Shown here: positions 18,041-27,186 of the stretch, one piece after another
Position numbering within the stretch: position 1 is the stretch's first letter
Layout of the letters: every line of letters starts with the position of its first letter
From: Demequinaceae bacterium
Lineage (GTDB): Bacteria > Actinomycetota > Actinomycetes > Actinomycetales > Demequinaceae
Assembly: GCA_965250005.1 (NCBI GenBank)
Contig: OZ252279.1
Coordinates: forward strand, 1,170,001-1,202,000
DNA length: 32,000 bases
Reading direction: 5' to 3'
Notes under the pieces: model-generated
The model's database searches: none
The model's input: only the letters and a program-made list of their open reading frames with translations
What the model was told of the DNA's origin: nothing
Translations under genes and position numbers: made by a program

Positions 18041-19321
18041 CTACTTGGCCATGAAGGTTTGCGGAGATTCCCCGGCAGGCATCTCGGTTGCTTCCACACC
18101 GTCCTCTGAGAAGAACCGCCTGTTCGCGGCGGGAGCCACGAATAAGGCGAGTACGGCAGGAATACAAATCAGCAGAAGCGCGTGCTGCGTGGTCCACAGG
18201 TGCGCGAACTGGCCGAGCACTTGAGGCCCCGCGACTCCTGCCAAAGTGGCAACGGATGAAACAGCCGCAACGCCAGCCGCCGCACGCTTGGGGTTGTCCG
18301 CGGCGGCCGAGAACCCGATCGGAATTGACAGCGCCGCGCCCATGCCCCAAAAGATCAGGCCCACCGGAGCGAGCCACAGGACGGGTGTGGTGCCATAGAT
18401 GAGGACGCCTACGAGCACGGACGAAGCCGAGAATCGGAGCGCGGCCACTCGGCCCAGCCGGTCGATCAAGCGCGTCCCCCACCATCGAACGGTGACCATG
18501 GAAACTACGAAGATGCCGTAGAACATCGCGCCAGTCGACTCGTGAACGCCGAACCCATCCACGACGGCGAGCGAGGCCCACTGCGCCGCTGCGCCCTCGG
18601 ACAGGGAGGCCGCTAACACCACCAACCCAATCAACAGGATTCTCTTGTCGGTGTACTCGCGCCGGGCCATCGCGAACGGCCCGCTCGGGCGCTCAGCCCC
18701 GGACTTGACCGGCATGCCGTTGATTACCGCGGCGGGAATGACCATGAGTCGCAGGACGAGCATCGCCACGCCGACGCCGATGAATTGCCACATCGGCTCG
18801 ACGTCGAGCCAGGCGAGGCCCGCTCCCACTCCCGTTCCCAGAATTGCTCCTATGGAAAACGCCGCGTGGAACTGCGGCATGATCGTCCGCCCCATGCGCC
18901 GCTCGATGGCGGCGCCCTCGGCGTTCATGGTCACGTTGGTGAAGGCGAAAGAGAATCCGCCCATGAAGTTTCCGAACCCAAACAGCAGCGCGAGACCAAG
19001 GTGCGCGCCAATTCCCAGGAGCGCGTAGGCGATCGTGAACGCGAAGGCCGAAACCACGAGGACCCGCTTGGACCCCCATTTGGCCACGGACCAGCCCGTG
19101 AGTGACAGTGCGGCGAACGCGCCCACTGCGCTGAAGATCAAGACGTTTGCGAGTTCGTCCTCGCGGACACCCAACTGATCGCGAATCGATGGGATGCGCG
19201 AAAGCCAGCTAGTGAAGAGGACGCCTCCCATCGCGAAGATCGCTAGGACGGCACGGCGGGCCTGCTTGAGGCGCGCTTCTGGCAAGGTGCCAGTACTCGA
19301 TTCGCTTGGAGACGCGGTCAT
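18041..19321 (-). CDS. MFS transporter
   Basis: 426 aa, about 12 predicted TM segments, MFS-type sequence (LTGWSVAKWGSKRVLVVSAFAFTIAYALLGIG; RWWGTRLIDRLGRVAALRFS). Confidence 0.88.
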   Translation of the reverse strand: MTASPSESSTGTLPEARLKQARRAVLAIFAMGGVLFTSWLSRIPSIRDQLGVREDELANVLIFSAVGAFAALSLTGWSVAKWGSKRVLVVSAFAFTIAYALLGIGAHLGLALLFGFGNFMGGFSFAFTNVTMNAEGAAIERRMGRTIMPQFHAAFSIGAILGTGVGAGLAWLDVEPMWQFIGVGVAMLVLRLMVIPAAVINGMPVKSGAERPSGPFAMARREYTDKRILLIGLVVLAASLSEGAAAQWASLAVVDGFGVHESTGAMFYGIFVVSMVTVRWWGTRLIDRLGRVAALRFSASSVLVGVLIYGTTPVLWLAPVGLIFWGMGAALSIPIGFSAAADNPKRAAAGVAAVSSVATLAGVAGPQVLGQFAHLWTTQHALLLICIPAVLALFVAPAANRRFFSEDGVEATEMPAGESPQTFMAK

Positions 19322-19345
19322 GATTTCATTTGGACGGGCGTAGCG

Positions 19346-19771
19346 CTAGGAGCAGGCGACCAATGCCCGGGCCTTGCCGAGCACCGTCTGTCCGTCGAAC
19401 TCGACCGTCAAGTCGATGCGCGCCGTGAGCGCTTCAACGTCGACCGCCCCCACCTTCGCGGTGATTAACACCTGCGCCTCGCCTACGGCGGGCACGGGGA
19501 TCGGGCGCGTGAAGCGGCACTGATAGTCGACGACGTTTCCGGCACCGGCCCATTCTTCTACTACTGCCGCCGCCGATCCCATGGTGAACATGCCGTGCGC
19601 GATAACTCCGGGCAGACCGACGGACTCGGCGACCGCGTCGTTGTAGTGGATCGGGTTGAAGTCACCCGACGCGCCTGCGTAGCGAACGAGCGAATCACGC
19701 GTGACAGCGATTGTGCGGGTGGCGACTGTCTCTCCGATTTCAACGGACGAGAGCGCGGGACCGGATGACAT
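19346..19771 (-). CDS. MaoC-family dehydratase (hotdog fold, HadB-like)
   Basis: 141 aa, RYAGASGDFNPIHYNDAVAESVGLPGVIAHGMFTMG is the R-specific hydratase motif. Confidence 0.9.
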   Translation of the reverse strand: MSSGPALSSVEIGETVATRTIAVTRDSLVRYAGASGDFNPIHYNDAVAESVGLPGVIAHGMFTMGSAAAVVEEWAGAGNVVDYQCRFTRPIPVPAVGEAQVLITAKVGAVDVEALTARIDLTVEFDGQTVLGKARALVACS

Positions 19772-20217
19772 CAGGCTTCCTCCCTCACGGCAAGCGTGGA
19801 CCGAACCGTGGCGACCGCGGCTCCGGAGGAGTCAGCAAGCTCCGCGCGCGTCGTCACCATTGAGATGCCCGCTCGTTGAACGATGTTATCGATGTGGATG
19901 ACCGTTTCGATCACGTCTCCGGCGACGATGGGCCGATGGTACGTGAAACGCTCGTCCGCGTGCACCACCTTAGAGAAATCGACGCCGACCTCGGGATCGA
20001 CGATCACCGCGAACTCCGCCCGCTGAGCGATCGCAACGGCGAAGGTAGCGGGGGCCACGACGTCAGCGTGACCGAGCGACTGCGCCACTTCAGGGTCCCG
20101 GTGCGACCGGGCGCGCGCGTCAACGGCGTCCGCAAACTCGCGGATCTTGATTCGGGTGACCTCGTACTTTTCAGATGGTCCGTAGGACCGCCCGATCGCG
20201 TCGACGTTGACCGGCAT
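19771..20217 (-). CDS. MaoC-like N-terminal domain dehydratase (HadA/FAS1-DH-like)
   Basis: MPVNVDAIGRSYGPSEKYEVTRIKIREFADAVDARARSHRDPEVAQSLGHADVVAPATFAVAIAQRAE...FSKVVHADERFTYHRPIVAGDV; stop overlaps the downstream MaoC start. Confidence 0.86.
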   Translation of the reverse strand: MPVNVDAIGRSYGPSEKYEVTRIKIREFADAVDARARSHRDPEVAQSLGHADVVAPATFAVAIAQRAEFAVIVDPEVGVDFSKVVHADERFTYHRPIVAGDVIETVIHIDNIVQRAGISMVTTRAELADSSGAAVATVRSTLAVREEA

Positions 20218-20227
20218 GCGAGAGAAC

Positions 20228-20392
20228 TTAGCGGGTCTCGCGGTGCGCCGTCTGCTTGCCGCAGCTGGAGCAGAATTTAGGGAGCTCCAAGCGGTCGGGA
20301 GTGTTCCGGCGGTTCTTCTTGGTGATGTAGTTACGGCTCTTGCAGTCCACGCATGCAAGCGTGATCTTGGGCCGAACGTCTGACTTAGCCAC
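20228..20392 (-). CDS. rpmG: 50S ribosomal protein L33
   Basis: Hand-translated: [54 protein letters not shown] (54 aa), GTG start, CxxC...CxxC. Missing from the supplied ORF track. Confidence 0.93.
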   Translation of the reverse strand: MAKSDVRPKITLACVDCKSRNYITKKNRRNTPDRLELPKFCSSCGKQTAHRETR

Positions 20393-20438
20393 GATGTATC
20401 TCCTCGCGCCTTGCGGCGCTATCGGTGTTCAATTTCTG

Positions 20439-20512
20439 TAGCGAGGGCGGGGATCGAACCCGCGACCTCACGATTATGAGTCGTGCGCTCTAACCATCTG
20501 AGCTACCCCGCC
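20439..20512 (-). tRNA. tRNA-Met (CAT anticodon)
   Basis: Minus strand GGCGGGGTAGCTCAGATGGTTAGAGCGCACGACTCATAATCGTGAGGTCGCGGGTTCGATCCCCGCCCTCGCTA folds as a cloverleaf. Confidence 0.93.
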
Positions 20513-20550
20513 TGGCGGTGGACGGCTTCCTAAGAAACCGGCCACTTCCG

Positions 20551-20623
20551 AGCCCCGACAGGGATTCGAACCCTGGACCTTTTCCTTACCATGGAAACGC
20601 TCTACCGACTGAGCTATCGGGGC
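20551..20623 (-). tRNA. tRNA-Thr (GGT anticodon)
   Basis: Minus strand GCCCCGATAGCTCAGTCGGTAGAGCGTTTCCATGGTAAGGAAAAGGTCCAGGGTTCGAATCCCTGTCGGGGCT. Confidence 0.94.
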
Positions 20624-20695
20624 AAGCCGGTCAAGAATACACGGCAATGGCCCCTAGGGATAAATCGTGTCGTGCGGCAGCGCTAGTGTGACGGA

Positions 20696-21919
20696 ATGAC
20701 CGCCGCGATGCCCGCCGCTCAGTCGCGGCGCATCTTCCTCCATGCGCAGGGATTGGACCGTCGCCGACGCCCCGGCCGCGCCGGCCCAGCGAGGTTCCGC
20801 GAGTACCTGGGCCGACAGGGCGTACTGCAACTCGACTCCGTCAATGTGCTGGCCCGCGCCCACTACATGCCGCTTTTCTCCCGCTACGGGAACTACGACC
20901 GCGCCAAGCTCGACAACTATCTGTGGTCCAGCGGCGAAGCTTTCGAGCACTGGGGCCACCAGGCGTCAGTAATGCCGCGTGCCCTGCTGCCCGCCCTGCA
21001 CCATCGGATGTCCTACCGCGACGCGTGGCGATCGGGCCAGCTTCAGAATCTTGAGCGCGAGCGCCCCGGGTTGCTAGAACAGGTCAGGGACGCCGTCGAG
21101 GCACACGGACCCGTCACCGCAGCGGACCTCGACCACCTCTCCCCCACTGGGCCGCGAAGCACATCGTGGTGGGACCACGACCACGTCAAGCTCGCGCTCG
21201 AGTATCTATTCTTTACCGGCGGGGCCGCCGTGTCCGGGCGGCCACAGTTCCGGCGAATGTACGACTCGCCCTCCCGCGTGTGGGGACGCGAGGCGGCCCA
21301 AGGCGCGCTCGCGCGCGACGAGGCGCGCCAGCAGTTATTCGATCGCGCGATCGGTGCCGTGGGAGTCGGGACGGCAAGGGACGTGGCGGACCATTTTCGG
21401 CTGGGAACCAAGGGGGCTTCGGCCCTCGCAGACTCGGCAGTTGACCGAGGGCTAGCCGAATGGGTCGAGGTCGAAGCCTGGGGTACGCCTGCGCTCCTGG
21501 CGGTCGGCGCGCCAGACCCGGGTCGTGCGACGGGTGCCGCCCTCCTCAGCCCGTTCGATCCCGTGTGCTGGTACCGGCCACGTCTCGAGAGGATGTTCGG
21601 GATGGACTACAAGATTGAGGTTTACACGCCCGCTCCCAAGCGCACGTTTGGCTACTACACGCTGCCATTCCTGATGGGCGACCAAATGGTGGGGCGCTTC
21701 GACCTCAAGGCAGACCGGAAGGCCGGGGTGCTACGAGTGCAGTCGTCATGGCGAGAGAAGGGAGAGCCCCCGGGCGCGCGCCAGCGCGCCGACAGTGAGA
21801 TCGCAGCAGCGCTCGCAGACGAGCTGCGCGTCATGGCTACGTGGCTCGACCTGGACTATGTGGCGGTTGAGCCGCGCGGGAACTTCGCCGCAGCGCTGGC
21901 GTCCGTCGCAAACTCATAG
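20696..21919 (+). CDS. Winged-helix DNA-binding domain protein, YcaQ / crosslink-repair glycosylase-like family
   Basis: 407 aa, [14 protein letters not shown]...[123 protein letters not shown]. Confidence 0.88.
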   Translation: MTAAMPAAQSRRIFLHAQGLDRRRRPGRAGPARFREYLGRQGVLQLDSVNVLARAHYMPLFSRYGNYDRAKLDNYLWSSGEAFEHWGHQASVMPRALLPALHHRMSYRDAWRSGQLQNLERERPGLLEQVRDAVEAHGPVTAADLDHLSPTGPRSTSWWDHDHVKLALEYLFFTGGAAVSGRPQFRRMYDSPSRVWGREAAQGALARDEARQQLFDRAIGAVGVGTARDVADHFRLGTKGASALADSAVDRGLAEWVEVEAWGTPALLAVGAPDPGRATGAALLSPFDPVCWYRPRLERMFGMDYKIEVYTPAPKRTFGYYTLPFLMGDQMVGRFDLKADRKAGVLRVQSSWREKGEPPGARQRADSEIAAALADELRVMATWLDLDYVAVEPRGNFAAALASVANS

Positions 21920-21947
21920 CAAGCACTGCGCACCTTCGAAAACCACG

Positions 21948-21975
21948 AAGGCCCGGCGCTTCCGCGTCGGGCCTT
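21948..21975. terminator. Hairpin between the YcaQ-like gene and convergent tRNA-Tyr
   Basis: AAGGCCCG (21948-21955) / CGGGCCTT (21968-21975). Confidence 0.65.
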
Positions 21976-21978
21976 GTG

Positions 21979-22060
21979 TGGCAGGTGAGGGATTCGAACC
22001 CCCGTAGTCTAAGACGGCTGATTTACAGTCAGCTCCCTTTGGCCGCTCGGGTAACCTGCC
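21979..22060 (-). tRNA. tRNA-Tyr (GTA anticodon)
   Basis: Minus strand GGCAGGTTACCCGAGCGGCCAAAGGGAGCTGACTGTAAATCAGCCGTCTTAGACTACGGGGGTTCGAATCCCTCACCTGCCA, class II with variable arm. Confidence 0.94.
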
Positions 22061-22146
22061 TTGCGCCTAATAGTGGTGCGCATGGAAGGATAGCAACAAA
22101 CGTACGCGCGGGGCTAAACGGCCCCGCCCAATTCCGGGGAGGCGCC

Positions 22147-22638
22147 GTGGCCAAGGACTCGACTTTCGACGTAGTCAGCAAGGTGGACCGTCAAGAGGTA
22201 GATAACGCCCTCAACCAAACGTACAAAGAAATTTCGCAGCGCTATGACTTTCGCGGCGTAGGGGCATCGATCGAATGGGCTGGCGAAAACGTGCTGATGA
22301 AAGCCAACTCCGAGGAGCGAGTCAAAGCGATCCTCGATGTTTTCATCGGCAAGCTAGCCAAGCGCGAGATCTCCCTCAAGACGCTCGATCACGGCGACGC
22401 CACACCATCGGGCAAGGAGTTTCACCTGGCAGCGAGCATCAAAGAGGGTATCCCGCAGGACGTCGCCAAAGAGCTCACCAAGCTCATCCGTGATCAGGGG
22501 CCCAAGACCGTCAAGGCGCTCATCCAAGGCGACGAACTGCGGGTGTCGAGCAAGTCGCGCGACGATCTGCAAGCAACCATGGCTCTTATGCGCGGCGCCG
22601 ACGTGGACGCCGCGCTGCAGTTCGTAAACTACCGCTAG
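22147..22638 (+). CDS. YajQ family cyclic-di-GMP/nucleotide-binding protein
   Basis: [38 protein letters not shown]...[36 protein letters not shown] start at 22147; the longer ORF from 21976 would read through tRNA-Tyr. Confidence 0.93.
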   Translation: MAKDSTFDVVSKVDRQEVDNALNQTYKEISQRYDFRGVGASIEWAGENVLMKANSEERVKAILDVFIGKLAKREISLKTLDHGDATPSGKEFHLAASIKEGIPQDVAKELTKLIRDQGPKTVKALIQGDELRVSSKSRDDLQATMALMRGADVDAALQFVNYR

Positions 22639-22668
22639 CGCGCCTCGCCGCTGCTACCGAGCGGCCGT

Positions 22669-23541
22669 CTACGCGATGAAGCCGCGCTGATTGGCCATCG
22701 CTTCTAGCCGCTCGATCCGATTCTCCATGGGCGGGTGGCTCTGGTACAGCCGCGCAAGGCCCGCTCCCTTGAAGGGGTTGGCGATCATCAGATGAGAAAC
22801 GTTTTCGACGGCGCCCTTCTGGGCGAGCGGCCGCGCAGCCGTGCCTTCGTGGATCTTGGCGAGCGCCGATGCGAGCGCAAGCGGGTCACCCGTGAGCTTC
22901 GCGCCGTCCTCGTCGGCGTCGTACTCGCGCGTTCGGGAGACTGCGAGCCGGATGAGCGTTGCGGCAATTGGCGCCAGTATTAGCATCCCGATCAGCACCA
23001 GTGGGTTGCTGTCGCGACGCCCGCCAAACAGGAATCCCGCGTAATACAACCACTGTGCAGCGATGGTGACGATGCCCGCGAATGCCGCAGCCATCGACCC
23101 AATAAGGATGTCGCGGTTGTATACGTGCATGAGCTCATGCCCCAGCACCCCACGGAGTTCGCGCTCACTCAACAGATCAAGGATTCCGGCGGTGCAGCAA
23201 ACTGCGGCGTTGCGCGGATTGCGCCCCGTAGCGAAGGCATTGGGTGCCGCCGTAGGTGACACGTAGAGGCGGGGCATGGGTTGATTAGCCTCGCGGGAGA
23301 GTTCGCTCACGATACGGAACATTGCCGGCTGCTCGACCTCGGTTACGAGGCGCGCCTGCATGGTCCGGATGGCGATCTTGTCGGCATTCCAGACCGTCAC
23401 GATCGAGATCACGATTCCTGCTGCGATGAACATCCAGACGTGCGCGCGGTCGCTAATCACGTATGCGAGCACGGCAAGCAACGCCCACATCGCTCCAAAC
23501 AGCATCAGCGTCTTTACGCCGTTGAAGTTTTTTCGACCCAC
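22669..23541 (-). CDS. htpX: Zinc metalloprotease HtpX homolog
   Basis: PRLYVSPTAAPNAFATGRNPRNAAVCCTAGILDLLSERELRGVLGHELMHVYNRDIL (HExxH variant HELMH). ORF opens at 23556; AGGAGG precedes GTG 23541. Confidence 0.94.
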   Translation of the reverse strand: MGRKNFNGVKTLMLFGAMWALLAVLAYVISDRAHVWMFIAAGIVISIVTVWNADKIAIRTMQARLVTEVEQPAMFRIVSELSREANQPMPRLYVSPTAAPNAFATGRNPRNAAVCCTAGILDLLSERELRGVLGHELMHVYNRDILIGSMAAAFAGIVTIAAQWLYYAGFLFGGRRDSNPLVLIGMLILAPIAATLIRLAVSRTREYDADEDGAKLTGDPLALASALAKIHEGTAARPLAQKGAVENVSHLMIANPFKGAGLARLYQSHPPMENRIERLEAMANQRGFIA

Positions 23542-23667
23542 GATTCCTCCTGCCAAGAAAACGGGCGGCGCGGCAGCCGTGTTCCAGTATCGCCGATGCT
23601 TCGCCCAAGGGCCAACAGCGGGCCACCGCCAGTGCCGCGAGCGCGGGCCACCTTGCGTGATTGCCCG

Positions 23668-25053
23668 CTAGTCGCGCCCGAGCGCGATATTTGTCATCTC
23701 TTCACGAGGCACAACCTTGACGCGTTGACGGCCCTGGGCGTCGCCGAGCGCGCGCTCGTGCGCGTCAAGCACCTGCCAGTGCTCCCACTCCACCACCGGT
23801 ACGGCCCGGTCCTTGAGCAATCGCAGGACGTTGTCGGGGCTGAGCTGCTCTGCGCCTGCCTCAGAATCGGCGTAGAGCGCATCCACGTCCTCCACAAGGT
23901 GCGCAATGGTCTCGGACGCATCCGACTTGGTGTGCCCGATCAGCCCGACGGGCCCGCGCTTGATCCAGCCGGTGGTGTACATGCCGGGGACCCGAGAGCC
24001 GGCAGAGTCGACCACCCGTCCCTCTTGGTTCGCAATCACGCCGTTCGATCCGTCGAAAGGGACGCCATCGATCTCCGTTCCGTAATACCCGACGGCGCGA
24101 TATACCGCCTGCACCGGGTAGTCGATGAACTCGCCCGTGCCCTTGATGGTCGCGTCGCCCTGCAGCGCGGTGCGCTCGAAGCGCACACCCGCCACGTTTC
24201 CGTCACCGTCGTCCAGGACCTCCACTGGGGACTGCAAAAAGTGCAGGTGAATCCGACGCGAAGCGCCCGTGGGCTCCCGCAATGTCCAGTCGTTGAGCGT
24301 CTTGACCACCTGTTTGGTCTGGTGGTGAGCCTCGACGGCCTGCATCGATCCCTCGTCGTAATCATAGTCCTCGGGGTAGACGATGACGTCGACGTCAGGC
24401 ACCTGGCCGAGTTCGCGGAGCTCAAGGGGAGTGAATTTCACTTGCGCCGGACCGCGGCGACCAAAGAGGTGGACATCGGTGACGGGCGAAGCCTTGAGGC
24501 CCTCCATGACGTTTGCGGGTATCTCCGTTGGAGCGAGGTCGGACGGGTGCTTTGCCAAAATGCGGGCCACGTCGAGCGCGACGTTTCCCACGCCCAAGAC
24601 TGCAACTTCCTTGGCCTCGAGCGGCCACTCGCGCGGCACGTCCGGGTGCCCGTCAAACCAACTGACAAAATCGGCCGCACCGAACGAACCATTGAGGCCG
24701 ATACCAGGGAGGTTGAGGTCCACGTCCTTGAACGCGCCGGTCGCAAAGATGACCGCGTCGTAGTGCTCGCGGAGCTCCGCGAGCGACAAGTCCGTGCCGA
24801 TGTTCACATTGGCGAGCAGGCGGATGTCTCCGCGACCAAGCACATTTGCGAGCGCGACGATGATCTGCTTGATGCGCGGGTGATCTGGCGCGACGCCGTA
24901 GCGGACCAGCCCGAAAGGCGCCGGCAGGCGCTCGATAATGTCGATTGACGCGTCGACATCGGATTTACTCAGTATGTCTGCAGCATAGGTGCCAGCGGGG
25001 CCGGCGCCGATAATGGCTACGCGCAGCGGGCGGTCGTGGGTCACGTGTTTCAC
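23668..25053 (-). CDS. FAD-dependent ferredoxin/adrenodoxin-type NADP+ reductase (FprA-like)
   Basis: PLRVAIIGAGPAGTYAADILSKSDVDASIDIIERLPAPFGLVRYGVAPDHPRIKQI, VAVLGVGNVALDVARILAK, YTTGWIKRGPVGLIGHTKSDASETI. Confidence 0.95.
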   Translation of the reverse strand: MKHVTHDRPLRVAIIGAGPAGTYAADILSKSDVDASIDIIERLPAPFGLVRYGVAPDHPRIKQIIVALANVLGRGDIRLLANVNIGTDLSLAELREHYDAVIFATGAFKDVDLNLPGIGLNGSFGAADFVSWFDGHPDVPREWPLEAKEVAVLGVGNVALDVARILAKHPSDLAPTEIPANVMEGLKASPVTDVHLFGRRGPAQVKFTPLELRELGQVPDVDVIVYPEDYDYDEGSMQAVEAHHQTKQVVKTLNDWTLREPTGASRRIHLHFLQSPVEVLDDGDGNVAGVRFERTALQGDATIKGTGEFIDYPVQAVYRAVGYYGTEIDGVPFDGSNGVIANQEGRVVDSAGSRVPGMYTTGWIKRGPVGLIGHTKSDASETIAHLVEDVDALYADSEAGAEQLSPDNVLRLLKDRAVPVVEWEHWQVLDAHERALGDAQGRQRVKVVPREEMTNIALGRD

Positions 25054-25107
25054 AGTCCTAGATTGAAGGATGGTGACCGGGGGCGCTCGCGATCACCGTT
25101 GCCGCAG

Positions 25108-25139
25108 AGTATAGACACACTTGCCATGCGGCGTGTCAA
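25108..25139 (-). promoter_or_regulatory. Candidate promoter for the FprA-like gene
   Basis: Minus strand TTGACA (25139-25134) and TATACT (25113-25108). The 20-nt spacer is longer than usual. Confidence 0.35.
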
Positions 25140-25184
25140 GCCCCGTGTGTCGCACATTGCGCCGGACTGTGGCAGACTCTCGGC

Positions 25185-25271
25185 ATGGCCATCAACCAGA
25201 ACACGTGTGCGCGCGGCTGCTGCCGTGCGCCAATGTGCTGCGTGATGTGTGCCATGTGTCCCTCGGCCTAG
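25185..25271 (+). CDS. Putative cysteine-rich leader peptide upstream of the sulfur assimilation operon
   Basis: ATG GCC ATC AAC CAG AAC ACG TGT GCG CGC GGC TGC TGC CGT GCG CCA ATG TGC TGC GTG ATG TGT GCC ATG TGT CCC TCG GCC TAG = MAINQNTCARGCCRAPMCCVMCAMCPSA*, 7 Cys in 28 codons. Confidence 0.7.
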   Translation: MAINQNTCARGCCRAPMCCVMCAMCPSA

Positions 25272-25342
25272 CGCCCTCGGATGCAGAGAAACCCCCTGTA
25301 GCCCCTGGGCGCTCGGCCAACGAGCGCGATCAAGTTGCGCCC
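25271..25342 (+). promoter_or_regulatory. Putative attenuator or alternative-fold region between leader ORF and sulfite reductase
   Basis: GCGCCC (25271-25276), GGGCGC (25307-25312), perfect 7-bp hairpin GCGCTCG-GCCAA-CGAGCGC (25309-25327), and GCGCCC (25337-25342). The 25307-25312 segment can pair upstream or downstream, excluding the local hairpin. Confidence 0.45.
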
Positions 25343-25380
25343 GGACGCCTAGTTCCCCCTGACTCCCACGAGGAGGCACG

Positions 25381-27186
25381 GTGAGTCCCACCGAGTCGAC
25401 ACCCGCCGTCGCTGACGCGCGCCCTGATTCGAACGCCGGCCCCAAGCCCGCGACCGACGCAGCCGAGCGCCAGCGCCACCGAGAAGAGGCGCGGATGATC
25501 CGCACCCGCGAGGCGAAGGCGCGCAAGGGCACCGCTGCCAAGGACGGCCAATGGGCGTCAGGCGACAAGACGCCCCTGAACCCGAACGAGGACTTTAAGG
25601 CCACGGCGGACCCGCTCGAGGTACGCGGCCGCATCGAATCGATGTACTCCAAGTGGGGTTTCTGGTCCATCCCGCCGCAGGACCTGCGCGGCCGTTTTCG
25701 CTGGTGGGGGCTCTACACGCAGCGTCGCCCCGGAATCGATGGCGGTAAGACCGCCGTGCTTGAACCTCACCAACTCGACGACGAGTACTTCATGCTGCGG
25801 ATTCGATCGGACGGCGGCGCGCTATCCGTGGCGCAGGCGCGCGAAATCGGAGCAATCAGCACCGAACACGGCCGCGACACCGCCGATATCTCGGATCGGC
25901 AGAACATCCAGCTCCACTGGATCGAGATCGAGAAAGTCCCCGAGATCTTCGAGCGCATCGAGAACGTCGGACTGTTCACAACCGAGGCGTGCGGGGATGT
26001 TCCGCGCGTGATCCTCGGCTCACCAGTTGCGGGCGTGGCTGAAGACGAGCTAATCGACCCGACCCCGCTCATCAACGAAATCACCGACAAGTTCATTGGC
26101 GACCCGCGCTTCTCCAACCTGCCCCGCAAGTTCAAGTCGGCCATCACCGGCTTGCCTATCCCGGATATCGAGCACGAGGTACAGGACATCGCCTTCTGCG
26201 CCGTCGAACACGCTGAGCTGGGCATCGGCTTCGACCTGTGGGTCGGTGGCGGCCTCAGCATCAATCCGCACCTCGGCAAGCGGCTAGGCGTATTCGTGGA
26301 GCCCGCCAAGGTGGCCGAGGTGTGGGCCGGCGTCGTCGGAATCTTCCGCGACCACGGCTACCGCCGCCTGCGCACGCGCGCACGCCTCAAGTTCCTCGTT
26401 AAGGCCTGGGGGGCCGAGAAGTTTCTCCAGGTGCTGCAGGACGACTACCTCGGCTACGCGCTGCCCGCAGGTCCCGCCGCGAACGTTGGCGGACCGGCGG
26501 AACGGCGCGACCACGTTGGTGTGCACACGCAACGCGACGGAAAGTACTACGTTGGCGCCGCGCCCACCGCGGGGCGCATCGCGGGCACGATGCTCACTCG
26601 GGTCGCCAAGATCGCCGAGGCTGCAGGCTCGGACCGCATCCGCCTCACTCCTCACCAGAAAATCCTGATCCTGGATGTTCCCGGCCCCAAGGTCAACGAC
26701 GTGGTCAACGGTCTTCGCGAACTCGAGCTCGAGGCCTCGCCCAGCGAGTGGCGCCGAAACACCATGGCCTGCACCGGCATCGAGTATTGCAAACTCGCGA
26801 TTGTGGAGACCAAGGCCACCGCGCGCGAGCTGATCGCTCACCTCGAGACGGCGTTCCCCACCATTGACTCCCCCATCACGATCAACGTCAATGGCTGCCC
26901 CAACTCGTGCGTTCGCATTCAGGTGGCTGACATTGGGTTCAAAGGTCAGCTGGTACTGGACGACGAATCGGGCGAGCAGGTACCCGGATTCCAGGTTCAC
27001 CTGGGCGGACGGCTGGGCCGAGGAGACGACAACGACTTCGGCCGCAAACTACGCGGGCACAAGGTCAAAGCCAATGGCATGCCCGAGTACGTCGAGCGCG
27101 TGACGAACAACTTCCTCGCGGAGCGCAGGGACGATGAGACCTTCGCGGACTGGGCCATGCGAGCCAAAGAGGACGTGCTCCGATGA
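25381..27186 (+). CDS. Ferredoxin-dependent nitrite/sulfite reductase (sulfite reductase by context)
   Basis: 601 aa, GTG start with GAGGAGG. Siroheme/4Fe-4S motifs NTMACTGIEYCKLAIVETK and NGCPNSC; adjacent to cysH/D/N. Confidence 0.93.
   Translation: MSPTESTPAVADARPDSNAGPKPATDAAERQRHREEARMIRTREAKARKGTAAKDGQWASGDKTPLNPNEDFKATADPLEVRGRIESMYSKWGFWSIPPQDLRGRFRWWGLYTQRRPGIDGGKTAVLEPHQLDDEYFMLRIRSDGGALSVAQAREIGAISTEHGRDTADISDRQNIQLHWIEIEKVPEIFERIENVGLFTTEACGDVPRVILGSPVAGVAEDELIDPTPLINEITDKFIGDPRFSNLPRKFKSAITGLPIPDIEHEVQDIAFCAVEHAELGIGFDLWVGGGLSINPHLGKRLGVFVEPAKVAEVWAGVVGIFRDHGYRRLRTRARLKFLVKAWGAEKFLQVLQDDYLGYALPAGPAANVGGPAERRDHVGVHTQRDGKYYVGAAPTAGRIAGTMLTRVAKIAEAAGSDRIRLTPHQKILILDVPGPKVNDVVNGLRELELEASPSEWRRNTMACTGIEYCKLAIVETKATARELIAHLETAFPTIDSPITINVNGCPNSCVRIQVADIGFKGQLVLDDESGEQVPGFQVHLGGRLGRGDDNDFGRKLRGHKVKANGMPEYVERVTNNFLAERRDDETFADWAMRAKEDVLR

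Noticed and set aside
20439-22060. tRNA cluster considered as a site for an integrated mobile element
   Set aside because: No integrase, recombinase or duplicated tRNA ends seen; the intervening YcaQ-like gene looks chromosomal.
21976-22146. N-terminal extension of the YajQ ORF ([19 protein letters not shown]...)
   Set aside because: Reads the tRNA-Tyr complement; the conserved protein begins at GTG 22147.
23281-24948. 555-aa plus-strand ORF antisense to the FprA-like and htpX genes
   Set aside because: High-GC shadow ORF opposite well-supported genes; the translation is low-complexity and Arg/Asp/Leu/His-rich with no recognisable family motif.
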